Notes: generated from the sequence alone by a model not told the origin. Shown: positions 25,915 to 40,649, numbered from the stretch's first letter. The stretch is 64,000 bases of DNA from Eledone cirrhosa (GCA_964016885.1 OZ024741.1:140120001-140184000), one strand, 5' to 3'. Numbers and translations: made by a program.

Positions 25915-26070
25915 AGGGGTTAAGAAGTTCGCTTCTCAATCATAAGGTAGCAAGTTTGGTCGCACTGCATGGCATCTTGAACAATTGTTATTTGCCATAT
26001 CCTCGAGTTGATTCAAGTCTTCAGAAATAAAATCGGGTTGGCAGAATGTGTGTGGGCAGCAGTTGTATGC
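25915..26070 (+). mobile_element. Degenerate SINE, different family
   Basis: GGTTAAGAAGTTCGCTTC..CACTGCATGGCATCTTGAACAA, a tRNA-like head plus core. Confidence 0.5.
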
Positions 26071-26288
26071 ACATAGTTATAATTGAATGAGCCACTTTTG
26101 TCGCACATTATATAATGTTGTATCTCCATGAGTTTGGCCGAGTGTTCAGTTGAATGAACAACTGGAAATACTTAACGTCAAATTCCGTTTGAAGAACTTG
26201 AGTACAAGGGTGAAAGTTCAGTCTGCGTTCGTGTGTTGACAATAAAACTAGCTAAAAAGTCCGATTATTAACATCATTATTATTGCTA

Positions 26289-27098
26289 TTGGCAGTATCG
26301 GTGGAGGGTCGGACGCCATGCTTTCCAGCATAGAGTTATGTCCCTTTACGGTCTGAGTTCAAACCCCGCCGAAGTTAACTTTGCCTTTCATCCTGACGGT
26401 GTAGATAAAATAAAGTACCAGTAATGCACAGGATTAATTGCTGGCCTTGTGCCAAAAGTAGAAACAATATTGCTATTGTCGTTGCCATTATTATAATTGT
26501 TTCTACTTTAGGCACAAGACCAGCAATTACTCAGTGTATTACTGGTACTTTATTTTATCGACCCCGTAAAGATGAAAGGCAAAGTTAACCTCGGCGGGAT
26601 TTGAACTCAGACCATAAAGGGCCGTAACTCTTTGTTGCAAAGCATGGCGTCCGACCCTCTACCGATACTGCCAAACCACCACCTTGCCATTATTATAATG
26701 ATATAGGGCGGTGAATTGGCAGTATCGGTAGAGGGTTGGACGCCATGCTTTGACGCATAGAGTTACGGCCCTTGCCATTCTGAGTTCAAATCCCGCCGAG
26801 GTTAACTTTGCCTTTCATCCTTATGGGGTCGATAAAATAAAGTACCAGTAATGTACTGGATAATTGCTGGCCTTGTGCCAAAAGTAGAAACAATTATTAT
26901 AATGATATAAGGGCGGTGGATTGGCAGTATTGGTAGAGGGTCAGACGCCATGCTTTGACGTATAGAGTTACGGCCCTTGCCATTCTGAGTTCAAATCCCG
27001 CCGAGGTTAACTTTGCCTTTCATCCTTACGGGGTCGATAAAATAAAGTACCAGAAATGCACTGGGTAATTGCTGGCCTTGTGCCAAAAGTAGAAACAA
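26289..27098. mobile_element. Cluster of four near-full SINEs: 26289-26467(+), 26498-26683(-), 26706-26893(+), 26911-27098(+)
   Basis: Each has A/B boxes, core and tail. TSD TTGCCATTATTATAAT at 26482-26497/26684-26699; ATTATTATAATGATATA at 26689, 26893 and 27098. Confidence 0.93.
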
Positions 27099-28852
27099 TT
27101 ATTATAATGATATAATATGACGTTCGCTACCCGAACAGATTAGGGAATAAAATCGCTTTTCCTACACACACACACACGCGCGCATCCCCCCCCCCCCTCA
27201 CACACAAACACACACTACACAAGAACAAATAAAAAGAAAATATATATATATATTCAAAATAAAGAAAATACATTTGTACACTCCGTTGCAGGCACACACA
27301 AACACACACACATAAAAAAATTCCTGAACTTTTGAATCTTGGAGATAACCACAAAGACAATATATTCAATAGTCATCTTCCTTGACTATTGAACAAATGA
27401 AAAACAGGCATGAATTGCTACTGTCCATATTCACTAAAACATAAAGATGAAAATTTTGGTAACAATTCAGAAATCTAATTAAAATTTAAATTCGAATATA
27501 TAGTCGCCGTAATGCATATACGTCTACTAATAATTGATAACTATAAATACAAGTGGAATAAATCGGGCAACGTACCATTGGAATCCATTTTATTTCTCCC
27601 CAACTATGAGTCTTTTACCAGATATATTCAACTATTATTTATAGTTAATAGCTGTTAGAGCATTCAAAATATATTTTAAAATTTAAAATGTCTCAATTGT
27701 TCTTAAGTCAACCAATCTAATGAACGGAATAGCTTGTCCATAAAATTATAGTGAAAATGTCTGGGTATTCAAAGATACATGTACCCTTAACATTAATCTC
27801 ACTGTGATATTATTTGGGACCTAATGATTGCGATGCAAACTTAACCATTTGACCATACTACGTCAACTATGTGAATGTACGACATAAATAGCATGCCTGG
27901 CGTATCGTTTGGCAGAGGTTATTCCTATTAGAACTGGCCTTCGACTAAATAAGAGTAATAACAAGAGAGATGTTGGTGTTGGTATAATAGTTGGTGTGGC
28001 CTCTTCCTTCATGTCTGGTTATATTTATTATTTCATGTCTGGTTACTATTTATTGTTTCGGTCTATACGTGTGGACATTTTTTACGTAACAATATAATTA
28101 ACTTTTAATGTATAGAAGTTAAAGAAGTTTTCTTAATGGTGACTGATGTTGAAATGTGGTTTATTGATCAATGTTGAATGACACAGAAGCAGACGAATGA
28201 ACTGAATTATGTCGACGTTAAAGAACCGAAGCTCTTTCAAATTTATTTGAGACAGATTGACACTCCATTATATACACACATTTATACACAATTGACGTAT
28301 GTACACAGACAAATTAACGAACAATTCTATGCGATGAAAAAGTCAACAGTCGACAGAAACACACCCAAAGATATTTATAGATATATATAAAGGTAGGGAG
28401 GAATGGGTCTCTGTCGGTTTAGACAATGTGAGAGCCAGCTGTCCGATGAAGGAAACAACCTGCTTATGAAATTAACCTTTAAGTGGCTGAATATTCCACA
28501 GACATGTGAACCGTTCATATAATTCTCAGTGGGATTCAGCATTACGCAGAATGTGATAAGATTGATCCATAGAATTACTGGTTAAGTCCATCAGCACGGG
28601 TCTCCAATGATTTTCTATCCACTCACTTTCACTCCCGAGGTACAGGTTGACGTGAGGTTTTCTAGATCAAACATACATACATCATGACACAAATACAGAT
28701 AGAGACACATATATACCCATTAACAGACATATACTGAAAAATACATTAAACGCATACATACATATAAGCAGGCATGCATGTATATAGATGCATACATACA
28801 CACAGATACACCCACACAAGCATACATACATGCATACCAACAACATACATAT

Positions 28853-28902
<50 letters not shown>

Positions 28903-29786
28903 GAGAGAAGCAAAGATTGTGACATTGGCCCACTTCAGTAGTTTTCATTGAACACAAGACTTTCCACTAGGCTGTGTAACTGTGTAACTGTGTAAATGGG
29001 AAATAATTAATGACCTATTCAGAACCATTGACCTTACATCGTCATAAAGACAATACGCTAATGAAGCTCTACATAGCTCTTATATATAATTCACATCGAC
29101 TCTTCTCTCTTTCGTTTCTCTCTCTCTCTATCTATCTATCTCTCTCTCACTCTCTCACACACACACGCACACACATATACGTGTGTGTGTGTATATCTCA
29201 TACTGTTTCAGAATTTCTCCACTACAGTTTATAAATAATACACCTCGCTTTGAAATGTAAATAAAGTTTATTTTCTTATGTACAACTATACTTTCTGCAC
29301 GCACAAATATAAAAAAATATGAATTTCCCTATTTCTGAGGTTATTATCACCTCCCCAAAACATTTACCTGTATGATTATCCTAACAGATATAAGGCAAAT
29401 TGCATATAAAACTTAACTAAAATAACCACTTTAATTTGAATGCCTCCCATTCCAGGATCAGTTTAAATGTCAGAATACACTACACCCAGTTTTAAACAAA
29501 TCGTATTCCAACCATTAAATGCATTCAATATATCCGCACAATTTTAATTCTTTAATGAGTGGAATGCGTATTGTAATCTTGTTTCATTATTTTCTGTTAT
29601 GCTTATAGAGGCGGGGCGGATGCAGTAATGCACCAGCTTTGGCATTCGGTAATCAGAAGAAAGGAGGTCGGTGTAAAAGCCCAACTCGCTATCATCAATT
29701 TGGTTTTCATGCCAACACTTACCCATGGTCATGAATATTCAGTAATGACCGAAAGAATACAGTCGCGAATACAAGTGGCGTAAATG

Positions 29787-29869
29787 GAGTTCCTCCATAG
29801 GGTCTTTGGAGTAACGTTACTCGATAGAGTTCCACCGTAGGGTCTTTGGAGTAACGTTACTCGATAGAG
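29787..29869. repeat. 40-bp tandem duplication containing a 14-bp palindrome
   Basis: Two copies of GAGTTCCWCCRTAGGGTCTTTGGAGTAACGTTACTCGATA, each containing GAGTAACGTTACTC. Confidence 0.85.
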
Positions 29870-29929
29870 AGCCTTTCTATGTAGAGCCGCTAATTCTCCT
29901 AATTGAGATAACACATTTCCGATACTATG

Positions 29930-30160
29930 GATTTGTGGTTAGAATATCTCATTAAAGAATCGCGGGACATATCTTACAAGCAAAACCAACCAGTAGGAGG
30001 CTCAGGCGGTAGACCCCCAGCAAGAAGGTTGGATAACATTCATCAGCTTGGCTGGTCACGCTTGTGGACCAAGCCGGATTATTTGGAGACGGTTGTTTCT
30101 GACTGGACGGGGTATTTTGAGGACCCTCTCAGGAAGAAGAAGAAGAAGAAGAAGAAGAAG
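29930..30160 (+). mobile_element. RTE-like LINE 3' end fragment
   Basis: GGRPPARRLDNI..DW motif followed by a (GAA)n tail at about 30133-30160. Confidence 0.6.
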
Positions 30161-31474
30161 AGTGATACCATTCACCAAATCGTGGTTCAACTTTAAGAGG
30201 CGATTAGATTAAAATTGATGAGATTTATTAAAAGAGTAGGAGTAGCAACAGAGAAACCTAGAGTAGAGCGAGAACTAAACAGGGAACTAGTAAAAGCATT
30301 TAAGAAAGGCGTAACCTCAAGAAATTCTACAACATGAAAGATGAAAGCTTCGCTATCGGAGCTAGTGTCAGGGCTCTGAGAAAGAAGAATCGAAAGCCGT
30401 TCTATAAGCGCGTGGCAAATCTGTTTGGTTGATCATGGTTCTGAGAGAAGTGTGGGATCTTTCAGTGGCAATGCAATTAGCTACTCGGAACGAATGGCAT
30501 GCCAGATCACAGGATGGACTTCAGTACTTATCTTTACGGCCTGTTAGATTTGTAGCTATTCATGAATACCATGAGACCTTATTGGCTGCACAACTAGCTT
30601 TTCTTATCCACAGTACCAGTGTGAAGCATTACCATTTCGTTATAATCACTGCAACTAAGGAAGTGCCTCAAGTCGAGCATGTCTGTGAACTGCACACAAT
30701 AATGCAGTCATTCTACACGCATTTATCCAGTAACCATGATTTCAGTAGCGATGACCAACAGCTGCTCGCGACTGAATCCATCGCGAAGAGAAAACCACAA
30801 GCATCGTTTAGTCGCTATGGGCAGGCAGTTTTCAATATACACTGTGTTTATGGAGAAGGAGGTTATGTGGGGAATGAGCTTGAGAGACTTCAGGACAGAA
30901 ACTTTCCTCTTCTACGAATAAATGATTATCTTTTTCCAGGTTCACCCAATGAGGAAGATAAGAGTGGGCAGTTGATGTGCTCCCTTCCAGTTCCAGTCAG
31001 TTTGATAACAGATGGATAAGAATGGAAGGCTTGTTTCGAGAGAACGGGCAATCCCTAAGTATGATCTTTTATACGGCAAGCAGATAACTGAGAGGGAGCA
31101 GTTGTTCTAGCGGACAGGTTATCTATCTGCAAGAGTAATCTTCGGAGGTTCCCCTCTGATGAGGAAATTTCTTTTGTTTGAATTTTTTTTACATGATTGT
31201 AAATTTTGCTAAACAATATTTTATACGAAAAAAAAGAAACCCACACTGTACCACCCTGTGTCGCCCTTAATGTTTTCATGAAGTGAATATTCTGTTGTTA
31301 ATAAAGCCATCATTATCCATACTAAACATATGCGTTGTTCAAAAACATTAAGTTTGAAATTGTACATAAGATATTTACAAATGTTAGCTACAATATTTTA
31401 AGATAGCGAAGCACATCTTACCCTACGACTGCCTTCTCGTGTTTTTATGTGTGTCTGTGTTATATTTGCGCGTG

Positions 31475-31519
<45 letters not shown>

Positions 31520-31655
31520 CGAAGGAGTTGAAACAGATTACAATCTTTATTAAATCTAATATCGCGTTTAATACTTCATATTGTGTCGTCTGGTTTAAGG
31601 AACCAGATGGACCATAACGCACTAGCTATTTATTTATCACGCTAAAAATTCTAAT

Positions 31656-31875
31656 TTAGTCCAGAAATAGCCGTCGAAACGGCTTGAGCTCTGCCGTCGG
31701 GGTCATATATTTTCCTATATATATATATATATATAACGAAGGAAATGTGGTAAGGAACAAGGTGGACCATAACGCACCAAAGTACTCAATACTTAGGGTA
31801 GTAGAGTGAGTAATAGGAACGAGTAGGACCCCGACGGCTGAGCTCAAGCCGTTTCGACGGCTAATTCTGGACTAA
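31656..31875. repeat. 49-bp inverted repeat carrying the 3' half of a hammerhead motif, interrupted by (TA)n
   Basis: Arms 31656-31704 and 31827-31875. Motif GAAAC-GGCT-TGAGCTC-AGCC-GTC-GGGGTC in the right arm read on the minus strand. Confidence 0.75.
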
Positions 31876-32649
31876 TTCTTTAAATTATTGTATATATATA
31901 TATACAATAATTTAAATTCGTATAAAATACGCATTTTATATATATGATAATGTGTGTCTATGTACATGGACACCTAAATTGCTGGATTTTCTAAAATGTG
32001 CATATTGATATCTCACAATTCTTTATATTCGCTTCCTCTCTCTTCCCGTTACTCTTTCCCCTTTTACTTCCCCTTCTTTCAGCTTCCTACACAGGTGTAC
32101 ACCACAATTTATATGTATTCAGTGTAAAAATATTTAGCTATGTCTTGTCAGAATTCCGATTTAGACAAAAGAAATATTTGAAAGCCCATTCTTCCCCAGA
32201 AAATCATGTAGCTGTGTAAATTACAGGTGTGACAACAGATGTGGTATTTGGTTCTCTTATTGAATCAGCATGTCATAGTATTCATATACATTTATACTAG
32301 CAATGAAAGCGTTAAATGCTTCACTTCAAAAGTTAGTAAGAAATCTTTAACACTTGATAAGCATTACCATCGCTTTTTCAAATATGTCAACGGAATACTA
32401 AGTTTCTTTGATTTTTCACCTCTTCCAACAGTTTATCGAATTAACGTTCTATTCACAAAATCCTCAATTCTATTCACGGCTTTTCTACAGTTTCATTTAC
32501 ATTCCGTGTTCCTCGCGTGTCTTTATCTTATTCATAATGTTTTAGAAATAGTTTTCAATTTTTATTTTTTTTATTTTATCTACATTTCTTGTTTTCATTC
32601 GTGTTTCTTATATTATTGTTATTGGCGTGTGTGTGTTTGGGGGTGGGGT

Positions 32650-33420
32650 GGGTGCTAGAATCGTTAGAGCACCGGAAATTCATCTCACGGTATTTAGTTA
32701 CAGCACTTTACGTGCTATATTCAAATAACAACACCGCGCCACTGAGCTCAACTTCGCCTTTCATCCTTATGAACGTACTAGTAATGCATTGGACATGTTT
32801 TAATAGGCTTCTCCTCCTCCCGTCAAAATCCTGGCCTTGTGCAAAATGTAGAGACAATTATTGAGGGCGGTGGACTGGCAGTATCGGTAGATCTTCATAC
32901 AACCTGCTTTGCGGCATATAGTTACGTCCCTTTACGTTATAAGTTAAAATCTCGCGGAGGTGAGTTTTGTCGTTCATAATTACGAGATTGATAAAATAAT
33001 TATTAGTAAAGCATTTGTGTCGATTTATCCAACTTTCTGCTGCCCAAAATTGTTGGCCTTGTGCCTAAATCAGAAACCCTTATTAATATAATAGTGGCAT
33101 AGATCTACGTCGCTTTACGTTCTAAGTTCGGTCCCACCGAGGTAAGTTTTTCCTTTCATCCTTAATGACTCGACAATATGAAGCGCCAGTCCCGCAGAGA
33201 GTGCAATTTAATCGACCCCCCCCCCCCCGCCCCAAATCATTGGTCTTGCTCCTAAATTAGAAACCATCATTTTCTAGTGTTTTGCTTTTAATGGTTTAAG
33301 TCATTAGACTGCAGCCATGCTGGAGCATGGCTTGTTTTAGTCGATCTATTAGCACCCAGTACTATTAATATTTGATCGGTTATAATTTTGTCGAGACGCT
33401 ACTTTACAGGACATAAACAC
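32650..33420 (+). mobile_element. Run of three degenerate main-family SINEs plus a fragment of another SINE
   Basis: Repeated GGCAGTATCGG / CCTTTCATCC / GGCCTTGTG remnants at about 32650, 32864 and 33100; GTCATTAGACTGCAGCCATGCTGG at about 33300. Confidence 0.7.
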
Positions 33421-33704
33421 AAGCACGCACATAAAAAGCACAGATACACAAGCACACACTTATAATACATAAACACACTGACAAATTAAGCTCACCAGGT
33501 TAAAGCTAGTACAGTTTCCAGTAACATACCTCTAAGGATAGAACTCTTTAAACAAAACAACTTCTTCATTTTTTTCTAATATATTTATATTGAGATAATC
33601 CCTTTAACATGTTCTACTGTTTCTTTTGCTTTTTTAGTATTTTTTATATATATGTATATATATTATGTGTCACTTCTCTAGATTCCATATATATATATAC
33701 ATAT

Positions 33705-33743
<39 letters not shown>

Positions 33744-33786
33744 GTAGGGAAGTGACACATGATATATATATATATATATATATATG

Positions 33787-34165
<379 letters not shown>

Positions 34166-34211
34166 CACCCACATATATATATATATATATAATGTAGGGA
34201 AGTGACACATG

Positions 34212-34266
<55 letters not shown>

Positions 34267-34353
34267 GTAGGGAAGTGACACATGATATATATACATATAT
34301 ATATATATATATACATATAAATACACCCACATATATATATATATATATATATA

Positions 34354-34543
34354 CAGGGTGTCACAAAATATCTATACACATAATTATTTGAATGCTGTTG
34401 AAGTGTGATTACATTTTGGGGGGACATTCAGTATATACATGTGTGCGTGAGTGTGTATCTCCATAGAGAGAGGGAGAGAGGAAGAGAGAGACAGTGGGTG
34501 TAGAAGTTGAGTTTATATCTAAGACCCTCTCATCACAATAAAA
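34354..34543. mobile_element. ~78-bp Tc1/mariner-type MITE plus flank; second copy at 40296-40490
   Basis: TA-CAGGGTGTC at 34354; GACACCCTG-TA ends the other copy at 40372. About 110 bp downstream is also shared. Confidence 0.75.
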
Positions 34544-34902
34544 GTTTAATTGACACGGCTTCATTATGAATATTTGTACATGGTCTCATGTTTAGGTTCT
34601 TAATTTCCATTTCATAATTCATGTTTTTATTACCGGGCAAATTATTATAATCGAGTGTGTTCCTGAAATCATCTTTTGGTAATAAGGTTTTAACTTTGCC
34701 TTAGTTGGCGTTAGCCACGTCAATCAAATGAAATCATTATTCTTTACATGAGTGTAAAATTATAGTTTAGACGTGGTTTTATTGACATTCATATAATTAT
34801 CTGCATTAACTTCATTAGATGCATTACACACGCTTCTTTGTATGTATGTATTATGTATGTATGTGCGTATATATGTGTGTATCCATTATGTATGTGCGTA
34901 TG

Positions 34903-34932
<30 letters not shown>

Positions 34933-34933
<1 letters not shown>

Positions 34934-35080
34934 GGCGGCGAATTGCTAGAGACGTTAAGACATTGGATAGAATGCCTTACAATATTCGTCCCACCTCTTG
35001 GTGCGTTCTGAGTTCAAATCCCACCGTCGTCAACTCTGATTTTCATCCTTTCGAGATCAATAAAAAAGTACATGTCTAGT
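34933..35080 (+). mobile_element. Degenerate SINE
   Basis: GTTCAAATCCC B-box and TTTCATCCTTTCGAGATCAATAAA core. Confidence 0.7.
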
Positions 35081-35248
35081 ACTGGGCTCGTACTCGGCTG
35101 TAGAAAAAATCTCGTGTGTTCAGACCTAGAAAGAGTTGGGCTCCACCAGATTAGAATATGCGTTAGACACGCCGTATGACGGTGCCTCTACGACGCCACT
35201 AGGAGTTATGGGATCTTTATCTATTATGTATATATATATGTTATATAC

Positions 35249-35302
<54 letters not shown>

Positions 35303-35422
35303 ATGTGTGTGTGTGCGTGTCTTTGTACATACACACACAGGCAAATATTCACTCATACACAGACATACAGACTGACACACACAAACATACACACACATAC
35401 ATATGTATATATATATACACAC

Positions 35423-35472
<50 letters not shown>

Positions 35473-35496
35473 CATGCACACATATATATATATGCA

Positions 35497-35758
35497 CGTA
35501 TCGGTTTACCGAACATTTATTATAATGCTCGGTTTGTTTGTTTGTAAACAAACAAACAGCCCGAATTACGCCGTACAGTGTTTAGGCAATCACGTCACCT
35601 TTTTGTTCAACACTGACACAGGAACGATGTACTAGTTTCAAGCTTATTAACTATCGTCAGCATCGTATACCTTCCTCCCAGATGGTTAATCGTCTGAATG
35701 TATATACTTTCCGTATGCATATTAACGGCTGAGCAGCCTAATTTGCATATAGAGTGAG

Positions 35759-35853
<95 letters not shown>

Positions 35854-36056
35854 CTGTGTGTGCATAAGGAAAGTATATACTTTCAGACGTTCAACCATCT
35901 GGCAGGAAGGTATACGATGCTGACGATAGCTAATAAGCTTAAAACTAGTACATCGTAGGTGACGTGGTTTCCTAAACACTGTACGGCATAATTTGGGCTG
36001 TTTGTTTACAAACGAATAAACCGAGCATTATAATAAATGTTCGGTAAACCGATACG
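35497..36056. repeat. Long inverted duplication of an HHR-bearing element with a (TA)n/(TG)n spacer
   Basis: Arms 35497-35719 and 35861-36056. The second HHR copy (35915-35955, +) has GAAA>AAAA and an adjacent deletion. Confidence 0.9.
35620..35676 (-). ncRNA. Type I hammerhead ribozyme with intact core
   Basis: Minus strand AGGAA-GGTATA-CGATG-CTGACGA-T-AGTT-AATA-AGCT-T-GAAAC-TA-GTA-CATCG-TTCCT. Palindromic stem III region ACTAGT; GUA cleavage triplet. Confidence 0.8.
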
Positions 36057-36148
36057 GGCATATATATATATATGTGTGCATGTATGTATATATATACATA
36101 CTACTGTACGTCTGTATAGATATATCTATGTACGTATACATACATACT

Positions 36149-36178
<30 letters not shown>

Positions 36179-36183
<5 letters not shown>

Positions 36184-36503
36184 CAGGAAAGAAAGTTTAC
36201 ATGGTTTGCTATACAAAAAAGTTTTTAATCACATAGCTTACATTTGTTTCACTGAACTGGTATGTCTAGAGATCGCTATCCGCTTAATTTTGCGTTACTC
36301 GATCGCCAATACAAAATTATAACCAGTCAGATCTTCGCATGCTCCGAAGATCTGACTGGTTATAATTCTGTATTGGCCATCGAGTAACGCAAAATTAAGC
36401 GGATAGCGATCTCTAGACATACCAGTTCAGTGAAACAAATGTAAGCTATGTGATTAAAAACTTTTTTGTATAGCAAACCATGTAAACCTTCTTTCCTGAT
36501 TTA
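36179..36503. repeat. ~160-bp-arm near-perfect palindrome with a 7-nt loop
   Basis: Arms 36179-36337 and 36345-36503, loop CATGCTC, few mismatches. Confidence 0.93.
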
Positions 36504-36670
36504 TTATTACTCCAAGTGTTTACAACATAGGAATTACAGCATACCCGCAGCATCACTATGAAAACGCCTTGTTGAGTCAAACAAAGCCAAGCGTTAATAT
36601 CATCCACTACTGGAATACCATAACTGGACTTCACCTAAGTGGACTGCATTTAACTATTATTTGTTAATCC

Positions 36671-37927
<1,257 letters not shown>

Positions 37928-37934
37928 TGTAACA

Positions 37935-38825
37935 CAGACATTCAAATTTTGAAACCAGCTGACGCTACTCTCTTATAACAAGATTTAGATGTCATATACG
38001 GATGGGCTGAAGACAACAATATATAATTGTTTCTACTTTTGGCACAAGGCCAGCAATTACCCAGTGTATTACTGGTACTTTATTTTATCGACCCCGCAAG
38101 GATGAAAGGCAAAGTTAACCTCGGCAGGATTTGAACTCAGAATGGCAAGGGCCGTAACTCTATGCGTCAAAGCATGTCGTCCGACCCCTACCGATACTGC
38201 CAATCCACCGACAACAATATATAATGCAAGTAAGTTTCAAGCCCCCCCACTTTCAACCTACAAACACAAGGCCACTACGACAAAAGTACACTGGACCAGG
38301 CGAAATCGAAATCACCAAGTCAAAATCTATATGGAACCTGGTTATTGACATGAACAGTTATGCATCGTTTCATGCACACATCAACAAAATGACACACATG
38401 TGCAGACGATTGACGGTTTGATTCTGAGAAATTTCAGGATAAGAGACCCGGAAACTATGTTGGTGTTCTGGAGGACTTTCGTTTTCAGTTACGTGGAATA
38501 TTGCTCTCAACTGTGGTCGCCCCAAATTGTTAAACTAACTGCAAAACTTGAGGCAATCCAACGAAACTACACCAAGATATGAGCTACTGAAAAATACTGA
38601 AGAACTAAAGCATAACTTTCTGGAGCGATGTCGGCAGAGATCCTCAGTGAAATACGTATGGAAGCTTCGGGAAAAGCTCGCACCATCTTCAACATTGATG
38701 GCCAGACCAGCACAAGCCACTGTGTAGTCCTAAAGATACCATCCGTTGCATCAACAATAAGGACCACATACTGCAATAGCCTGTGGTTAAAAAGAAACGA
38801 ACACTTTAATAAGCTGCTAAAAAAT
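37935..38825 (+). mobile_element. CR1/L2-group LINE RT C-terminal fragment, degenerate
   Basis: QDLDVIYGWAEDNN, NASKFQ, GLILRNFRIRD..YVEYCSQLWSP..LEAIQRNYTK; interrupted by a SINE. Confidence 0.8.
38028..38209 (-). mobile_element. SINE with 16-bp TSD
   Basis: TSD GACAACAATATATAAT at 38012-38027 and 38210-38225. Confidence 0.93.
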
Positions 38826-39071
38826 CTGATATACATGGTATGCGTGTAGTTTTTTTCCGTAAACATCTCCACAGCACGAAACGAAGCGCAATTCGGTGTT
38901 ATAGCGTTAGAAGACGTCCCAGATTATATTGCTATAACGCGGAATTGGTAAGCTTATCAAATCTGTCTTCTTATATTCTCTTTCAATTTTTTTCATTTTG
39001 CATTTTGTATTTTGTATTTCGATTCACTGTTTAGGTACAACGTAATCTTGTTCAATAATTCTGCAAATAAC

Positions 39072-39278
39072 TGTTTCTACTGTTGGCACAAGGCCAGCAA
39101 TTACCCAGTGCATTACTGGTACTTTATTTTATCGACCCCGCAAGGATGAAAGGCAAAGTTAACCTCGGCAGGATTTGAACTCAGAATGGCAAGGGCCGTA
39201 ACTCTATGCGTAACTCTATGCGTCAAATTATGGCGTCCCACCCTCTACCGATACTGACAATCCACTGCCCTTGCTGGG
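39072..39278 (-). mobile_element. SINE with 15-bp TSD
   Basis: TSD AATTCTGCAAATAAC at 39057-39071 and 39279-39293; internal duplication of TAACTCTATGCG. Confidence 0.92.
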
Positions 39279-39627
39279 AATTCTGCAAATAACACTTGAT
39301 GAAATCATCTAGTCTTGCATCATGATCTGATGATAGGCAAAATATGTATAGTGGATTCGCGGAATTATAATTCTAAACTAAATTCTCTAATCCGGCTTTC
39401 TGTTGATGTTTTAATGAATACTCCGTCTCTGTACCAGCCACGATATATATCAACGATAGATAATTTGCCTAACGTTTAGTACTTTAATTGATTTATTGCA
39501 TTATCGTTTACCAATCCGATCCACCGATCGCACCCATTGGTAAACATAAATGATATATATATATAAATATAAATGAAAAATGGCGTGCTTTGTTGTTGCA
39601 AATGGGATACATACGAATAAAACTAGA

Positions 39628-40020
39628 GCAACGGAAAGAGAGGAAGAGGGGAAACATGTCCGTGATATCTGTCAACTTAAGTTCGATCAAATCATGGACG
39701 AGGAGAGACACAGACGCGTCCGAGCCATGTGAGATGTAAGCGAGAAGCTTTCCCCCTGTATCTCTCACCTTCATTTCACCCCCTCTGCCCGTCACTCTCT
39801 CTCTCTCTCTCTCAGCTGGCCTCTTCCTCACACTTTCACTCACCCACTCTCTGCTACTCTCCCTCTCTCACTTCCTCCCGTCTGAACTGTGTGAAATCCT
39901 TTTCTCGCTTACATCTCACATCGCTCGGACGCGTCTGTGTCTCTCCTCGTCCATGATTTGATCGAAATTAAGTTCACAGATATCAAGGACATTTTTCCTC
40001 TCTTCCTCTCTTTCCGTTGC
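39628..40020. repeat. ~119-bp inverted repeat with a CT-rich spacer (probable pLTR-like element extending to ~40200)
   Basis: Arms 39628-39746 and 39902-40020. Confidence 0.88.
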
Positions 40021-40196
40021 ATTACCATCTCTGTTTGTTTACATGTCTCGTTCGCTTCACCCTATTCTACGTGTCCCAATAACTGTTTTAGTTATTGCTC
40101 GCACCAGCTAGAGGTATATGATCTTTAATGCGAAGAAATACCAATGACGGCTGGAAGATCACTGATGACGGACGCCCTGTCTTCTCGCTCTAATTT

Positions 40197-40268
<72 letters not shown>

Positions 40269-40489
40269 TCTGTGTGTGTGTGTGTGTGTGTGTAGATGGT
40301 GTCACAAAAAACCTATACACATAATTATTTGAATGCTGTTGAAGTGTGTATACATTTTGGGGGGACACCCTGTATATATATATGTGTGTGCATGTGTCTC
40401 CCTGAGTGTGTATCTACATAGAGAGAGGCAGAGAGAGACAGAGTGTGTAGAAGTTGAGTTTATATCTAAGGCCCTCTCATCACAATAAA

Positions 40490-40644
<155 letters not shown>

Positions 40645-40649
40645 CGTGC

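Noticed and set aside
26289-27098. tRNA genes or a CRISPR-like array
   Set aside because: A/B boxes belong to SINE heads with no full cloverleaf; the repeats are SINE copies and TSDs, with no spacer array or cas genes.
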